DNA of 64,000 nucleotides from Paecilomyces variotii (Eukaryota): NCBI GenBank assembly GCA_004022145.1, contig RCNU01000011.1; one strand, 5' to 3'. Shown piece by piece: positions 63,781 to 64,000 of this stretch (position 1 is its first letter; each line of letters starts with the position of its first letter). The notes under the pieces were generated by a model. It saw only the letters and a program-made list of their open reading frames with translations, ran no database searches and was not told where the DNA came from. The position numbers and the translations under genes were made by a program.

Positions 63781-64000
63781 ATCGCTACGATGTACTATTC
63801 TCACTGAATTATTATATTGAATTATGTGCGACTATGAAACTGGCCTGGAGAACCTCACTCTAGGCTGGCCAACCAGCATCACGGTAGTAGTGCGATACCT
63901 CTCTGATTATATTCACTTGCAATTACGAACCATGGCGCAAGCGGGAACATCTCCAGGCGCCTTGCCAATTATATTGATTCCCCGTTTCGCATCATCTAGG

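Overview
Gene-dense, intron-containing filamentous-ascomycete DNA. The gene set and intron style suggest Eurotiales (Aspergillus/Paecilomyces-like); this is inference. About 30 genes or gene remnants are recognisable. Housekeeping genes include RidA, U2AF small subunit, NPT1, a syntaxin, BolA, an ACSF3-like acyl-CoA ligase and a GT32. Two regions stand out. (1) At 36.7-48.7 kb is a candidate glycated-amino-acid/peptide (Amadori product) utilisation cluster: POT transporter, amadoriase-II-type fructosyl-amine oxidase ending in SKL, a divergent OPT transporter, a Zn2Cys6 regulator, and an aldehyde dehydrogenase with a dense GATAA array upstream. (2) At 49.3-57 kb is a rearranged accessory block. 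A GH11 xylanase is split between opposite strands 6.65 kb apart and rejoins in frame across a 2-bp microhomology, implying an inversion. A deletion has fused the 3'-truncated xylanase to a 3'-truncated alpha/beta-hydrolase. The block also carries a convergent pair of Tse2-like ADP-ribosyltransferase-fold genes with identical intron positions, one keeping the R-S-H triad and one with it degenerated. No tRNA, rRNA, CRISPR array or intact transposon was recognised. All family calls come from motif recognition by eye; no database searches were run.
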